Positions 10,121 to 18,811 of a stretch of DNA of 64,000 bases are shown in pieces. Made by a program: the position numbers and the translations under genes. Origin of the DNA: an uncultured Planctomycetia bacterium (GTDB taxonomy: Bacteria > Omnitrophota > Gorgyraeia > JABMRG01); the NCBI GenBank assembly GCA_964634945.1, contig CAZWMG010000001.1:116825-180824 (forward strand), given 5' to 3'. The first letter of the stretch is position 1. Each line of letters begins with the position of its first letter. The notes beneath the pieces are model-generated. The model searched no databases and was not told where the DNA came from. It worked only from the letters and a program-made list of their open reading frames with translations.

Positions 10121-10765
10121 CTACTTATAGAAATTTTTAATGATACGCAAAACATCATCGGGACTGTCTGTGATTTTATAGAGAGCGAGATCTTTTTTAC
10201 TGACAAGGCCATCCTTAAACATGGTATTCTTCATCCAGGATATCAACCCTTTCCAATATTCCTTACCAATTAAAATAACCGGAAACGGCTCTATCCTCTG
10301 CGTCTGAATTAGCGTAATAGACTCAAAGAACTCATCCATAGTGCCGAAGCCACCTGGCAGTACCACAAATGCCGACGCATACTTTACAAACATGACTTTG
10401 CGGCAAAAGAAATATCGAAAATCAATTAAATCTGTCACGTACGAGTTCGGATTCTGCACAACAGGAATATCTATGTTAAGGCCTATTGATTTGCCCCCTG
10501 CTTTTTTTGCGCCCTTGTTTGCCGCCTCCATTATACCCGTACCGGCACCTGTAATAACAGCGTATTTTGCCTTTGCCAGTTTGAATGCTATTGTTTCAGC
10601 CAGTTTGTAGGATCCGTCCTTCGGCTTGGAACGAGCAGAACCGAATATTGTAACTGCCGGACCTATGTCTGAGAGCGACTCAAACCCATCTACAAACTCG
10701 CTCATAATCCTGAAAATGCGCCATGGATCTTCCTGTGTAAAATCAACCGCTTTGAGCTTAGGCAT
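10121..10765 (-). CDS. LOG family protein (TIGR00730; cytokinin riboside 5'-monophosphate phosphoribohydrolase-like)
   Basis: VTIFGSARS...ITGAGTGIMEA...PGGFGTMDE signature motifs. Confidence 0.75.
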   Translation of the reverse strand: MPKLKAVDFTQEDPWRIFRIMSEFVDGFESLSDIGPAVTIFGSARSKPKDGSYKLAETIAFKLAKAKYAVITGAGTGIMEAANKGAKKAGGKSIGLNIDIPVVQNPNSYVTDLIDFRYFFCRKVMFVKYASAFVVLPGGFGTMDEFFESITLIQTQRIEPFPVILIGKEYWKGLISWMKNTMFKDGLVSKKDLALYKITDSPDDVLRIIKNFYK

Positions 10766-10886
10766 TATAACTCCCTTGTTTTTTTATGTATTATAACTCG
10801 TGAGAAAATAATTTACAAGACCAAAATGAAATAGCAGAAGACTACCAGGCTGTATTAAAACATGAAAAATTATAGGTTATAAGGGA

Positions 10887-12029
10887 TCAAGCGGAGTAAC
10901 GCGGCTTTTCTAGTTGGGCCTTAAGTTGTGATGAACCTACAGTGGATTTTTTTGATAAATCATAGATGTGATCTGAGATCTCAGATAGAAGGCTATTAAG
11001 CATGGCAAAGGCGGCGTAATCTGAAGGATTGCTGATCTTGATAGATTGAGTAACAATATTTATCCTCTCTAGCAGGAGATCACGTAAAACATCAATATCT
11101 TTCATATCCTTTATCTGTCTGGCTATAACAGCGGGGTCACTTGAAATATTCAAAAGCACGTATTGTTTAATAAGCAATGCTAAGACAGGTATCTCCTTAT
11201 CAGAAATAATTCCTTCTGCATTCCATCTATTTAGGACCTCATCTATTGCCTTGATTATACCCTTAGTCGATGCCTTTTCTGTCGCCTTAATTTTATTTAG
11301 GGGCTTCTCCTTCTCAAGCAGGTATTTATTATTAAGAAGCTCTAGGACCTCGATTAACAATCTCTTATTGTCGTCTGAGGCTTGAGTGCTTGTGCTATTT
11401 ATCCTGTTTGCCCATAGCATCTCCACTGCCAAAGATATTTGAGATGCTACATCGGCCCAATATAGGGTATCCATCTTTTTATTCTCTTTGATGGTAGCGA
11501 CACCAACTGATAGTTCAAGTTTAGGCTGAAAAGTGCTCTTATTAGAAAAATGCACACCTGCCTCCTTGAAAAAATCATTAGACTGCCTGTGAACCTTTAT
11601 CCTGTCACTGGCTCGTGGGAGATAGTGATCCTTAAGCATGCGAAACGCGACCTCTCGAATAATCAGATCCTTTGTCGGATCCATATGAGCAAATCCAAAT
11701 TCCACTACATTGTATTTTTTTAGAAGTCGTATCATCCTATCGATAGAGACATGACGTGATTTGCCATTTACCAGATCTATAGCCATCTTGTTGTACATGC
11801 GGTCGTTCTTGCGCAATGAAGCACTTCTAATATCTGAATGACCGCCACTCTCAGCAAAAGAGGGCTCGGTACCAGCGATTAGCAGCAGAAACATGATTAT
11901 AATAAATAAAAATATATTAAATATCTTCATAATAGTGCCTTTTTGCCTATTCATCCGAATAGAGTTACTATGTACTTTTATAATACTTATATTATATAAT
12001 AAGTATAGCATATCTTTTTGGATAGTCAA
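10887..12029 (-). CDS. secreted hypothetical protein
   Basis: Internal Met followed by the signal-like stretch IFNIFLFIIIMFLLLIAGTEPSFA. No recognisable domain. The true start is probably the internal ATG. Confidence 0.35.
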   Translation of the reverse strand: MTIQKDMLYLLYNISIIKVHSNSIRMNRQKGTIMKIFNIFLFIIIMFLLLIAGTEPSFAESGGHSDIRSASLRKNDRMYNKMAIDLVNGKSRHVSIDRMIRLLKKYNVVEFGFAHMDPTKDLIIREVAFRMLKDHYLPRASDRIKVHRQSNDFFKEAGVHFSNKSTFQPKLELSVGVATIKENKKMDTLYWADVASQISLAVEMLWANRINSTSTQASDDNKRLLIEVLELLNNKYLLEKEKPLNKIKATEKASTKGIIKAIDEVLNRWNAEGIISDKEIPVLALLIKQYVLLNISSDPAVIARQIKDMKDIDVLRDLLLERINIVTQSIKISNPSDYAAFAMLNSLLSEISDHIYDLSKKSTVGSSQLKAQLEKPRYSA

Positions 12030-12367
12030 GTGATAATTTATCTAACTTAACTTATTCTACTACAATAGGTTATGATAGTAAAACAACGTCAAATCCTTGG
12101 CAAAAACATACTGGCTCCTTTTGCTTTTATCTCTCTTTAGAGGCAAGTAATTGCTCATTGCAGGACATCGCCTCAGTGAGGTTCCTTGCTTTTCCTTATT
12201 GCCACTTTTTTTTGACTTTTTTGTGATAATGTGAAAGAAAACCCCCATTTAGAACGTCTAATATAGTGAGGGCATAAAGTTTTCAATCGATCAATATCCG
12301 TTTTTCTAAAAATATAAATATCAATTCCACATAATAGCTTTTAAACATATGAAAGGGGGTGATTTAA

Positions 12368-12628
12368 ATGAATAGCGGAATCGAAATCAAGGTTGAGCGG
12401 ATACACAAACTTGACACGGATAGCTCATTAAAAGGATTTGCTGACATATCTGTAAGCGGGTGCTTTATTGTCAAGGGCTTACGTATTGTAGCCGGTAAAA
12501 ATGGGCTCTTTGTTGGTATGCCACAACAGCTTGGTAAAGACGGTAAATGGCACAACAGGGTCTCACTTGTTGACGAGGCTGTCAAAGATAAGCTTTCCGG
12601 GCTCATACTCTCTGCTTTTGATAGCTAA
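12368..12628 (+). CDS. spoVG: SpoVG family protein
   Basis: IEIKVERIHKL..LKGFADISVSGCFIVKGLRIVAGKNGLFVGMPQQLGKDGKWHNRVSL aligns well to the SpoVG core (NGLFVAMPS..DG.FRDIAHPI). Confidence 0.8.
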   Translation: MNSGIEIKVERIHKLDTDSSLKGFADISVSGCFIVKGLRIVAGKNGLFVGMPQQLGKDGKWHNRVSLVDEAVKDKLSGLILSAFDS

Positions 12629-12637
12629 TAACGCATG

Positions 12638-12674
12638 GCGGGACAGTAAGCTGGCCTACATCTTACTGTCCCGC
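12638..12674 (+). other. perfect 13-bp stem hairpin between spoVG and yraN
   Basis: gcgggacagtaag N11 cttactgtcccgc. No downstream T-run. Followed by GGAGG and the yraN TTG start. Confidence 0.5.
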
Positions 12675-12687
12675 TGGAGGAAAGGCA

Positions 12688-13041
12688 TTGGACAAAAAAA
12701 GATTGGGCAACAAGGCTGAATCACTTGCTTGTAAACTACTCAAGAATAAGGGCTTTAAAATTATTGATAGAAACTTCAGGTGTAGGTCCGGAGAGATAGA
12801 TATAATAGCTAAAGATAATAACTATATAACTATTATAGAAGTAAGAAGCAGCACTAATTATTCTTTTCATGACCCTCTCTGTTCCTTTACGCCATTAAAA
12901 ATCAGAAGATTAAGGGTATTAGCGCAAATATGGCTTAATTGCCATAATCAAGAGGATGCCTTTGTAAGGCTTGATATCATTACAGTTGTTTTCAATGCAG
13001 GAAACAATACTATAATAAGACATATAAAAGACGCTTTTTAG
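12688..13041 (+). CDS. yraN: YraN/UPF0102 family endonuclease-like protein (TTG start)
   Basis: G..AE..A..LL...GF.I..RNFR...GEIDIIA...N..ITIIEVR pattern. Immediately precedes comM as in many genomes. Confidence 0.65.
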   Translation: MDKKRLGNKAESLACKLLKNKGFKIIDRNFRCRSGEIDIIAKDNNYITIIEVRSSTNYSFHDPLCSFTPLKIRRLRVLAQIWLNCHNQEDAFVRLDIITVVFNAGNNTIIRHIKDAF

Positions 13042-13061
13042 CGAAAAAGGGGTATATTAAT

Positions 13062-14591
13062 ATGCTTGCAAATAGTAAATCAAGGACTATTTTTGGCGTG
13101 GCTTCACGCGAGGTCGACGTGGAGATTGATATCACGTCAGGGGTTAGGTGTTTTATTATAGTTGGGCTCCCGGATACCGCATGCCGTGAGTCTGCCCAAA
13201 GAGTAATAGCGGCGCTTAAAAACTCTGGCTTTAAGCTACCAAGCCTGCGCATTACTGTAAATCTTGCTCCTGCACACCTGCGAAAAGAAGGCGCTATGCA
13301 TGACCTGGCCATAGCTGTGACCATACTTGCCGCCTTGAATATAATTGAAAAAGAACGACTTGGTAATAAAGTATTTTGCGGCGAGCTCTCGCTTGATGGC
13401 ACCTTAAGACCGGTAAAAGGGATTCTATGCGTTGCTGATGACTTAAAAAAGCATAAGAATATAGAGCTAATCATACCCTCACAAAATATATCTGAGGCAA
13501 ATGCTGCCAAAGGCCTGCATTTCGTCGCAGCCTCCTCGCTCTCTGAGGTTGTAGAGTACCTTTCTAGCGGCACAGCCCCAATTCAAAAAACAACTCATAA
13601 AAGTAAGGTGTCCCTATCAAGCATTGATTCCCATGACTATTCAGATATAAAGGGTAATTATAGCGCCAAGCGCGCGATGGAGATAGCTGTCGCTGGTGGG
13701 CACAACATTTTACTAATAGGCTCACCCGGGGCCGGAAAAACCATGTTGGCAAAACGACTACCAACAATAATGGGCAAGCTAAGTACAGAGGAATCCATAG
13801 AAACAAGTAAGATTTACAGCATTTGTGGTCTTTTGTCAGACAAGGAACTGATATCAACGCCCCCTTTTAGAGACTTACACCACTCTGTATCTGATGCCGG
13901 CATGCTTGGTGGGGGCTCACATCATATACGCCCAGGTGAGGTAAGCCTTGCCCATAATGGGGTGCTTTTTCTGGATGAACTACCTGAGTTCAAGCGGAAT
14001 GTGCTGGAGGCGCTACGGCAGCCTATTGAGCAGGGCTTGATAAGGATATCCAGAGCAAATGCCTCCTTGAGCTACCCATGCCGCTTTATGCTAGTAGCAG
14101 CCATGAACCCATGCCCGTGTGGCTTTTTGACGCATCCAAAAAAGGTCTGCTCTTGTTCGCCGGGGCAGGTTCAAAGATATCTGTCGAAAATCTCCGGGCC
14201 TCTATTAGACCGGATAGATATGCATATTGAAATTCAGCCCATTAAATACGAGCAGATGATTGAAAGGACATGCGAAACAACTTCAGCAATAATAAAGACG
14301 CGTGCCAAAAACGCCAGATGCGTGCAAAATGAACGCTACAAAAACCACAGATACAAATGCAATGGAAAGCTACCGCATAGAGACATTGAGAACTATTGTA
14401 AAGTTTCTGATGAGGCATCTGAACTACTAAGAATGGCCATGTCTGAATTATTCATAAGCGCCCGTGCCTATGATAAGATCCTTAGGGTCTCAAGAACAAT
14501 AGCGGATCTTGACAATAAACCAATAATCGGAGCTGAACAGGTCTCAGAGGCCATAAGTTACCGCTGCCTTGATACTAAGGCCTGGCTCTAA
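13062..14591 (+). CDS. comM: YifB/ComM Mg-chelatase-like AAA+ ATPase
   Basis: N-terminal Lon-like S5 domain. Walker A GSPGAGKTMLAKR, Walker B VLFLDELPEF. C-terminal ChlI-like domain. Confidence 0.85.
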   Translation: MLANSKSRTIFGVASREVDVEIDITSGVRCFIIVGLPDTACRESAQRVIAALKNSGFKLPSLRITVNLAPAHLRKEGAMHDLAIAVTILAALNIIEKERLGNKVFCGELSLDGTLRPVKGILCVADDLKKHKNIELIIPSQNISEANAAKGLHFVAASSLSEVVEYLSSGTAPIQKTTHKSKVSLSSIDSHDYSDIKGNYSAKRAMEIAVAGGHNILLIGSPGAGKTMLAKRLPTIMGKLSTEESIETSKIYSICGLLSDKELISTPPFRDLHHSVSDAGMLGGGSHHIRPGEVSLAHNGVLFLDELPEFKRNVLEALRQPIEQGLIRISRANASLSYPCRFMLVAAMNPCPCGFLTHPKKVCSCSPGQVQRYLSKISGPLLDRIDMHIEIQPIKYEQMIERTCETTSAIIKTRAKNARCVQNERYKNHRYKCNGKLPHRDIENYCKVSDEASELLRMAMSELFISARAYDKILRVSRTIADLDNKPIIGAEQVSEAISYRCLDTKAWL

Positions 14592-15398
14592 GGGACACTC
14601 TTCGCAACACATCTATTTGCAATATGTTATACACTAATTAATTTAATAATCGACCTATATTAAAGGATTTACAATGATTCGTATTCCACGCAAAGACCAA
14701 ATTCAAGACACTCTTACCTACCACATATTCAATAGAGGTAATGCCAAGCTGGATGTTTTTCATGATAATAAGGATTGTGATTATTTTATTGGGCTCATAA
14801 AGACCTATGAAGATAGATTTAATTTATATATATACAATTGGGTCTTAATGAAAAATCATTTTCATTTTTTAGCATGCATTAATAATCCAAAATTTTTATC
14901 CAAATGCTTGGGGGGACTGCAGCAAGCATATACACAGTATCATCACAAAAAATGGAATAGCGCAGGTAGGTTATGGCAAGGAAGATTTAAGAGTCAACCG
15001 ATTCAAAATGATAGATATTTCTTTGAGTGCGGAAGATATATAGAAAGGAATCCAATGCGCGCCAAGATAGTTAAGCTTCCATGGGATTATCAATATTCTA
15101 GTTGTAAATTGTACTCATTAGGAATATCGGATTCTATAACAACGACAAACCCTGGTTATAATTCCTTTTCAAACACAATAGCTATAGAATCTCGACAAAG
15201 CGAATATAGGACATGGTTAATGAGTGGGGAGAATCGGAGTTTTGTCAACATGGATAGACCTGTAGGAAATGAAGATTTTATAAAAGGCTTATTGAAAATT
15301 AATGGTCGTCTAGTTGCAAAAAAGGCAAGACGTTCATTCAAAAATTAGTAGATTACTTAGTTCATAACTATCTATGAAATAAGCAGTTAAAAAGAGTG
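14588..15398 (+). mobile_element. REPtron-like unit: RAYT/IS200-family Y1 transposase gene bracketed by 13-bp inverted repeats
   Basis: AAGGGACACTCTT at 14588-14600 and its perfect reverse complement AAGAGTGTCCCTT at 15386-15398 flank the CDS at 14674..15348. Confidence 0.55.
14674..15348 (+). CDS. REP-associated tyrosine transposase (RAYT) / IS200-like Y1 HUH transposase
   Basis: YHIFNRGN...F, HUH motif MKNHFHFL, GRLWQGRFKS, RYIERNP, catalytic-region Y in DYQYSS. Characteristic of PF01797 RAYT proteins. Confidence 0.75.
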   Translation: MIRIPRKDQIQDTLTYHIFNRGNAKLDVFHDNKDCDYFIGLIKTYEDRFNLYIYNWVLMKNHFHFLACINNPKFLSKCLGGLQQAYTQYHHKKWNSAGRLWQGRFKSQPIQNDRYFFECGRYIERNPMRAKIVKLPWDYQYSSCKLYSLGISDSITTTNPGYNSFSNTIAIESRQSEYRTWLMSGENRSFVNMDRPVGNEDFIKGLLKINGRLVAKKARRSFKN

Positions 15399-15403
15399 TC
15401 CCT

Positions 15404-16429
15404 TTATTTTGTTGCTTCAATTAGGACGCTTCTTGGCCGGAATAATATTCGGTGTGGAATAAGTAGAAACGAAAATAACTTATCAATAAGAGGGGCCCTT
15501 ATAATAGCTTTCGCTAATGTTAACTTAAAGCCCGATTTAAGGCCTCTCGATTCTTTGCGCGCTACATAATCCTTTAAAAAAGATAAATAAGTAACCTTTA
15601 TTTTGTCAAAACCGCTATTTTTAATAGCCCTTTGCCACTGCCATACCGGATAGTAGTGGTCGTTATAACCAAAATCATCAGGATGCTGTTGAGGCTTCTC
15701 AAAAACACCTACAAAGCACTCGTTCATTAAGATTGCCCTGCCACCTTTCTTAAGGACGCGGTTAAGTTCTTTAAAAGTCCTATTCAAATCTGAACTATGA
15801 TGAATAGTAGCAGCGGCAAAAATTATATCAAAAGAACCGCTTTCAAATGGGAGCCTATCCATGTCCGCATAAATTCTCTCGAAATAGAGGCCATCCCTTA
15901 AGTAAAGGTCCGCTACCTTTAAGTAGTCTGTAATATCGACAGCTACAACATCACAACCCTTTTTAGCGAATTCACGTGACGCCCAGCAAAAAGCAGCGCC
16001 TAATTCTAAGACCTTCATCTCTGGTTCAATGGACCAATTATCGATTAAGTCAAAAAAACGATGTGAGCCCTCAGCAAAATTCTGAAATGAGCCTCCCTTT
16101 TTAAAGAAATAACTCCCATCTCCCTTGGGCAATGACATAAAAAGACTGCTGAATTTCTCTATCGACTCAGGATTTACAAAAAACTCATCACCTTTCTCTG
16201 TCCTAATACGAGGCTCGTCAGAACTAGCTTTTTGCTCTTTTACTATTTCAGGTGACGGCTCAGCTAGAAAATCAGTTACCCCTTGGTCAAGTGGAAAAGA
16301 ATACTTGCATGTACTACAAAGAATGGCGCCGTCTCTATACTCATCGTATAGCCCTGTTACTGAATCTATTTTAAAGGGCCTGCCTCCACAGATCGGACAT
16401 TTCAATATCTTGATAATATCAGCTTTCAT
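15404..16429 (-). CDS. SAM-dependent methyltransferase with N-terminal Trm112-like zinc ribbon
   Basis: N-terminal CPICGG...CSTC. Class I MTase motif I VLELGAAFCW and post-I D in VVAVD. FDIIFAAATIHH. Confidence 0.55.
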   Translation of the reverse strand: MKADIIKILKCPICGGRPFKIDSVTGLYDEYRDGAILCSTCKYSFPLDQGVTDFLAEPSPEIVKEQKASSDEPRIRTEKGDEFFVNPESIEKFSSLFMSLPKGDGSYFFKKGGSFQNFAEGSHRFFDLIDNWSIEPEMKVLELGAAFCWASREFAKKGCDVVAVDITDYLKVADLYLRDGLYFERIYADMDRLPFESGSFDIIFAAATIHHSSDLNRTFKELNRVLKKGGRAILMNECFVGVFEKPQQHPDDFGYNDHYYPVWQWQRAIKNSGFDKIKVTYLSFLKDYVARKESRGLKSGFKLTLAKAIIRAPLIDKLFSFLLIPHRILFRPRSVLIEATK

Positions 16430-16431
16430 CG

Positions 16432-16980
16432 TTACATACGCCTCTTTTTAATAACATCGTGATCATCAACATCACCTTCTGATTCTCTATTTTGTTTCCA
16501 AGTTTCATATATCATGATAAGTGCTTTCGTGCTGCCGGTATCCATTATCCATTTCACCCCAAAAATCAATGCCGCCGCTAAAAATTGTATAAAATATAAT
16601 TTAAATGTGAAGGATAATAAAAAAAACCCACCCGCTACAAAAAGGTATTTATTGCGCTTAATATAACCGTCCTTAGGACGCGTTCTGGGATATTTTTTAG
16701 GCATCGATAGCACCTCTTTTAGATTTCGGTCATTTAGGTCTCTCTCAATGTTCTTATCTGGTGCGGACAAAGCAGAAAAACAGGACGCTACCTTTTTAAA
16801 ACATTTATCACACTTCGCGATGTGAGTAGCGATAACCTCTTTCTCGCATCCAGCAGAAATCGCCCCACTTACATAATCCGCTAATCTACTATCCAATGGG
16901 CATGTATCAAACAGGGCTTGGTTAGACTTTTTATATCGCAATGCGGCTCTTAATGAAACATCGAGTCCGGATTCAGGCAT
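16432..16980 (-). CDS. putative zinc-finger anti-sigma factor, membrane-anchored
   Basis: HIAKCDKCFKK (H-x3-C-x2-C) N-terminal motif and C-terminal TM helix. Overlaps the ECF sigma gene by 8 nt. Confidence 0.4.
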   Translation of the reverse strand: MPESGLDVSLRAALRYKKSNQALFDTCPLDSRLADYVSGAISAGCEKEVIATHIAKCDKCFKKVASCFSALSAPDKNIERDLNDRNLKEVLSMPKKYPRTRPKDGYIKRNKYLFVAGGFFLLSFTFKLYFIQFLAAALIFGVKWIMDTGSTKALIMIYETWKQNRESEGDVDDHDVIKKRRM

Positions 16981-17566
16981 TATACCCTCTTTCCTTTAAT
17001 TTCTCTCTAAGTAACTTCTTAACGCGAAAAATAACAGTAGAGACAGAATTTATCGACATGTCCATTATCTGCGCTATTTCACGATGCTTCAAATCATACA
17101 ATAGATCAAGTGTTATAATGCGCTCTTCCTTTAATGTAAAATTTTTAACGAGTTCGCTGATCACATTATTGAGTTGTCTGCTGTCTATTTCTGAGCGCGA
17201 TCTATCTGTCTGCATGCTCTCACAATGGTGATCTCTATAAGGACTGCCTAAACGATTAAGCCTCTTCTTATTCCTAAGAAAATCGGAAGCGACATTCTGT
17301 GCCACAATCGTAAGATAAGCTGATATCGAGCGGGGGTTTGTTATCTTGCTAAGAACATTATTGCACCATATATGCGCAAATGTTTGCTGGAATATTTCAT
17401 CAAGGTCATTTTGGCTTACATGTGAAAAGAGCTTTATGACCTTATATCTTATTGCCCTGCGCACCAAGCATGAGAACTTTTTGACAAGAGATATCCAAGC
17501 CTCTTCATCGCCAAGGATGCAAAGCCTAAGAAGCTCCCGGTCGCAGTTGTTACCTTTATCACTCAT
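16973..17566 (-). CDS. ECF-type RNA polymerase sigma factor
   Basis: Region 2 (FQQTFAHIW) and region 4 HTH (REIAQIMDMSINSVSTVIFRVKKLLRE). About 197 aa. Confidence 0.65.
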   Translation of the reverse strand: MSDKGNNCDRELLRLCILGDEEAWISLVKKFSCLVRRAIRYKVIKLFSHVSQNDLDEIFQQTFAHIWCNNVLSKITNPRSISAYLTIVAQNVASDFLRNKKRLNRLGSPYRDHHCESMQTDRSRSEIDSRQLNNVISELVKNFTLKEERIITLDLLYDLKHREIAQIMDMSINSVSTVIFRVKKLLREKLKERGYNA

Positions 17567-17588
17567 TAAATAAAACTATTTCCGCATT

Positions 17589-17837
17589 TTACTCAGGTAA
17601 AAGATTATTCTTTTTCAGAGTATTTTCAAGTTCTAATACAGCTTTTTTGAACTGCGGGAATAATTCAACGTTAAGTGAAAGTCCCTTAGCCGTAGGAACC
17701 TTGCTTCCCGCCTCTTTTGAATCAACCCATACCCTAAGATCAATTAGATCGAACCCTTTGTACTCTTTTACGCCGATCCTAATCTCCTCGAACTTGTTCT
17801 TGTTAAAGGTTGCGACAGTCTCATTCATCCTCAACAC
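17589..17837 (-). CDS. PC4/YdbC-like ssDNA-binding protein
   Basis: 82 aa. Pattern FEEIRIGVKEYKGFDLIDLRVWVDSKEAG..PTAKGLSLNVELFPQFKKAV matches the bacterial PC4-like fold. Confidence 0.45.
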   Translation of the reverse strand: MLRMNETVATFNKNKFEEIRIGVKEYKGFDLIDLRVWVDSKEAGSKVPTAKGLSLNVELFPQFKKAVLELENTLKKNNLLPE

Positions 17838-17852
17838 CTCCTTCTTTTTATT

Positions 17853-18335
17853 CTAAGCACTCTCTTGGTCAATCTGACTGATGAATCTGTTTAATAAATC
17901 CTTATCTCTCGTGTCTATCTTTAGAAATTTTACGCCTATCTTAAAGATTCTTTCTGAACTTGTGGAATCTCGCTCCACTTCATTGACCCAAGCGACTTCT
18001 CCTTTAACCACTATAGGCCTCATATCCGGTATTTTAATGTTCAACAGAACATGGCTTTTGTCAGGCATTATCTCCGGCACTTTTAAACATATGCCCTCAC
18101 CGGAAATATTTTGGCTAAAAGCATGATAAACATCATCCGCCTTTCCGGGTATACTACATTCTACATCAATCTGCTTTTCAAAACGAGCGGTCTTGCGTCT
18201 CTCTTTTAGCGTATCCCAATAGCTATCAAGTCTCGCGGAAACATGCGCCAAACTTCTTGTCCTGTGTCTCCAAAGCATAAATGCTACACAAGATAAGATA
18301 ACTATAGCGATAACGAATGACAATATACTGTGCAT
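17853..18335 (-). CDS. PilZ domain protein with N-terminal TM anchor
   Basis: RKTAR (RxxxR) and NISGEG (NxSxxG) c-di-GMP-binding motifs. Confidence 0.55.
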   Translation of the reverse strand: MHSILSFVIAIVILSCVAFMLWRHRTRSLAHVSARLDSYWDTLKERRKTARFEKQIDVECSIPGKADDVYHAFSQNISGEGICLKVPEIMPDKSHVLLNIKIPDMRPIVVKGEVAWVNEVERDSTSSERIFKIGVKFLKIDTRDKDLLNRFISQIDQESA

Positions 18336-18360
18336 ATTCGTATCCTTGTTGTAAAGCTAC

Positions 18361-18690
18361 CTACTTCTTTGGCTTATAGCCTGTAAGCGCATTACCTGTA
18401 AAGATAAGACTCTCACTCTTTGTAAGTATCTTTGACTCTATCTCTAGTACAGGATATGTGCCATCATATATCCATTCTTCCTGCACGAGCCCAACATCAT
18501 CAACCCCTATCTGTACTATCCGATCAGGCTCCCCCCACTTATCGAGCACGAAATCTTTGCTATCGCCAAGATGAAGAGGTGACGCGCCATTCCACGGTGG
18601 TATCAGCCGCTCTGGGGATGGTGCCTCAATTCCAGCACAACCTGCTCCAAGCATACTGATTACAATGCATAGGATCATTACATATCTCAT
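18361..18690 (-). CDS. small lipoprotein, hypothetical
   Basis: Signal peptide with lipobox LGAGCAG. Confidence 0.4.
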   Translation of the reverse strand: MRYVMILCIVISMLGAGCAGIEAPSPERLIPPWNGASPLHLGDSKDFVLDKWGEPDRIVQIGVDDVGLVQEEWIYDGTYPVLEIESKILTKSESLIFTGNALTGYKPKK

Positions 18691-18750
18691 GTGAAACGCT
18701 CCTTTTTTATAAAACTTATTATAATACTATATATATATAATGTCAATTGC

Positions 18751-18790
18751 AAAAAGAAAGCCCCCGAAAAAATCGGAGGCTTTCTTTTTG
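18751..18790 (-). terminator. bidirectional rho-independent terminator downstream of the porin-like gene
   Basis: aaaaa-gaaagcccccg-aaaaaat-cggaggctttc-ttttt. Confidence 0.55.
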
Positions 18791-18811
18791 TACAACCTAT
18801 CTTCTGATAAA

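Noticed and set aside
12060-12248. 62-aa ORF in the divergent intergenic region upstream of spoVG
   Set aside because: Lys/Ser-rich with no motif. The region is more plausibly the divergent promoter area for spoVG and the 10887..12029 gene.
12364-12606. 80-aa ORF antisense to spoVG. Many similar 60-230-aa ORFs lie antisense inside long CDSs, for example 58278..58976 (232 aa), 48333..48710, 13010..13573 and 39942..40469.
   Set aside because: They are fully embedded in, and on the opposite strand to, genes with strong family signatures. Their low-complexity S/L/F-rich translations are typical shadow ORFs of AT-rich coding DNA.
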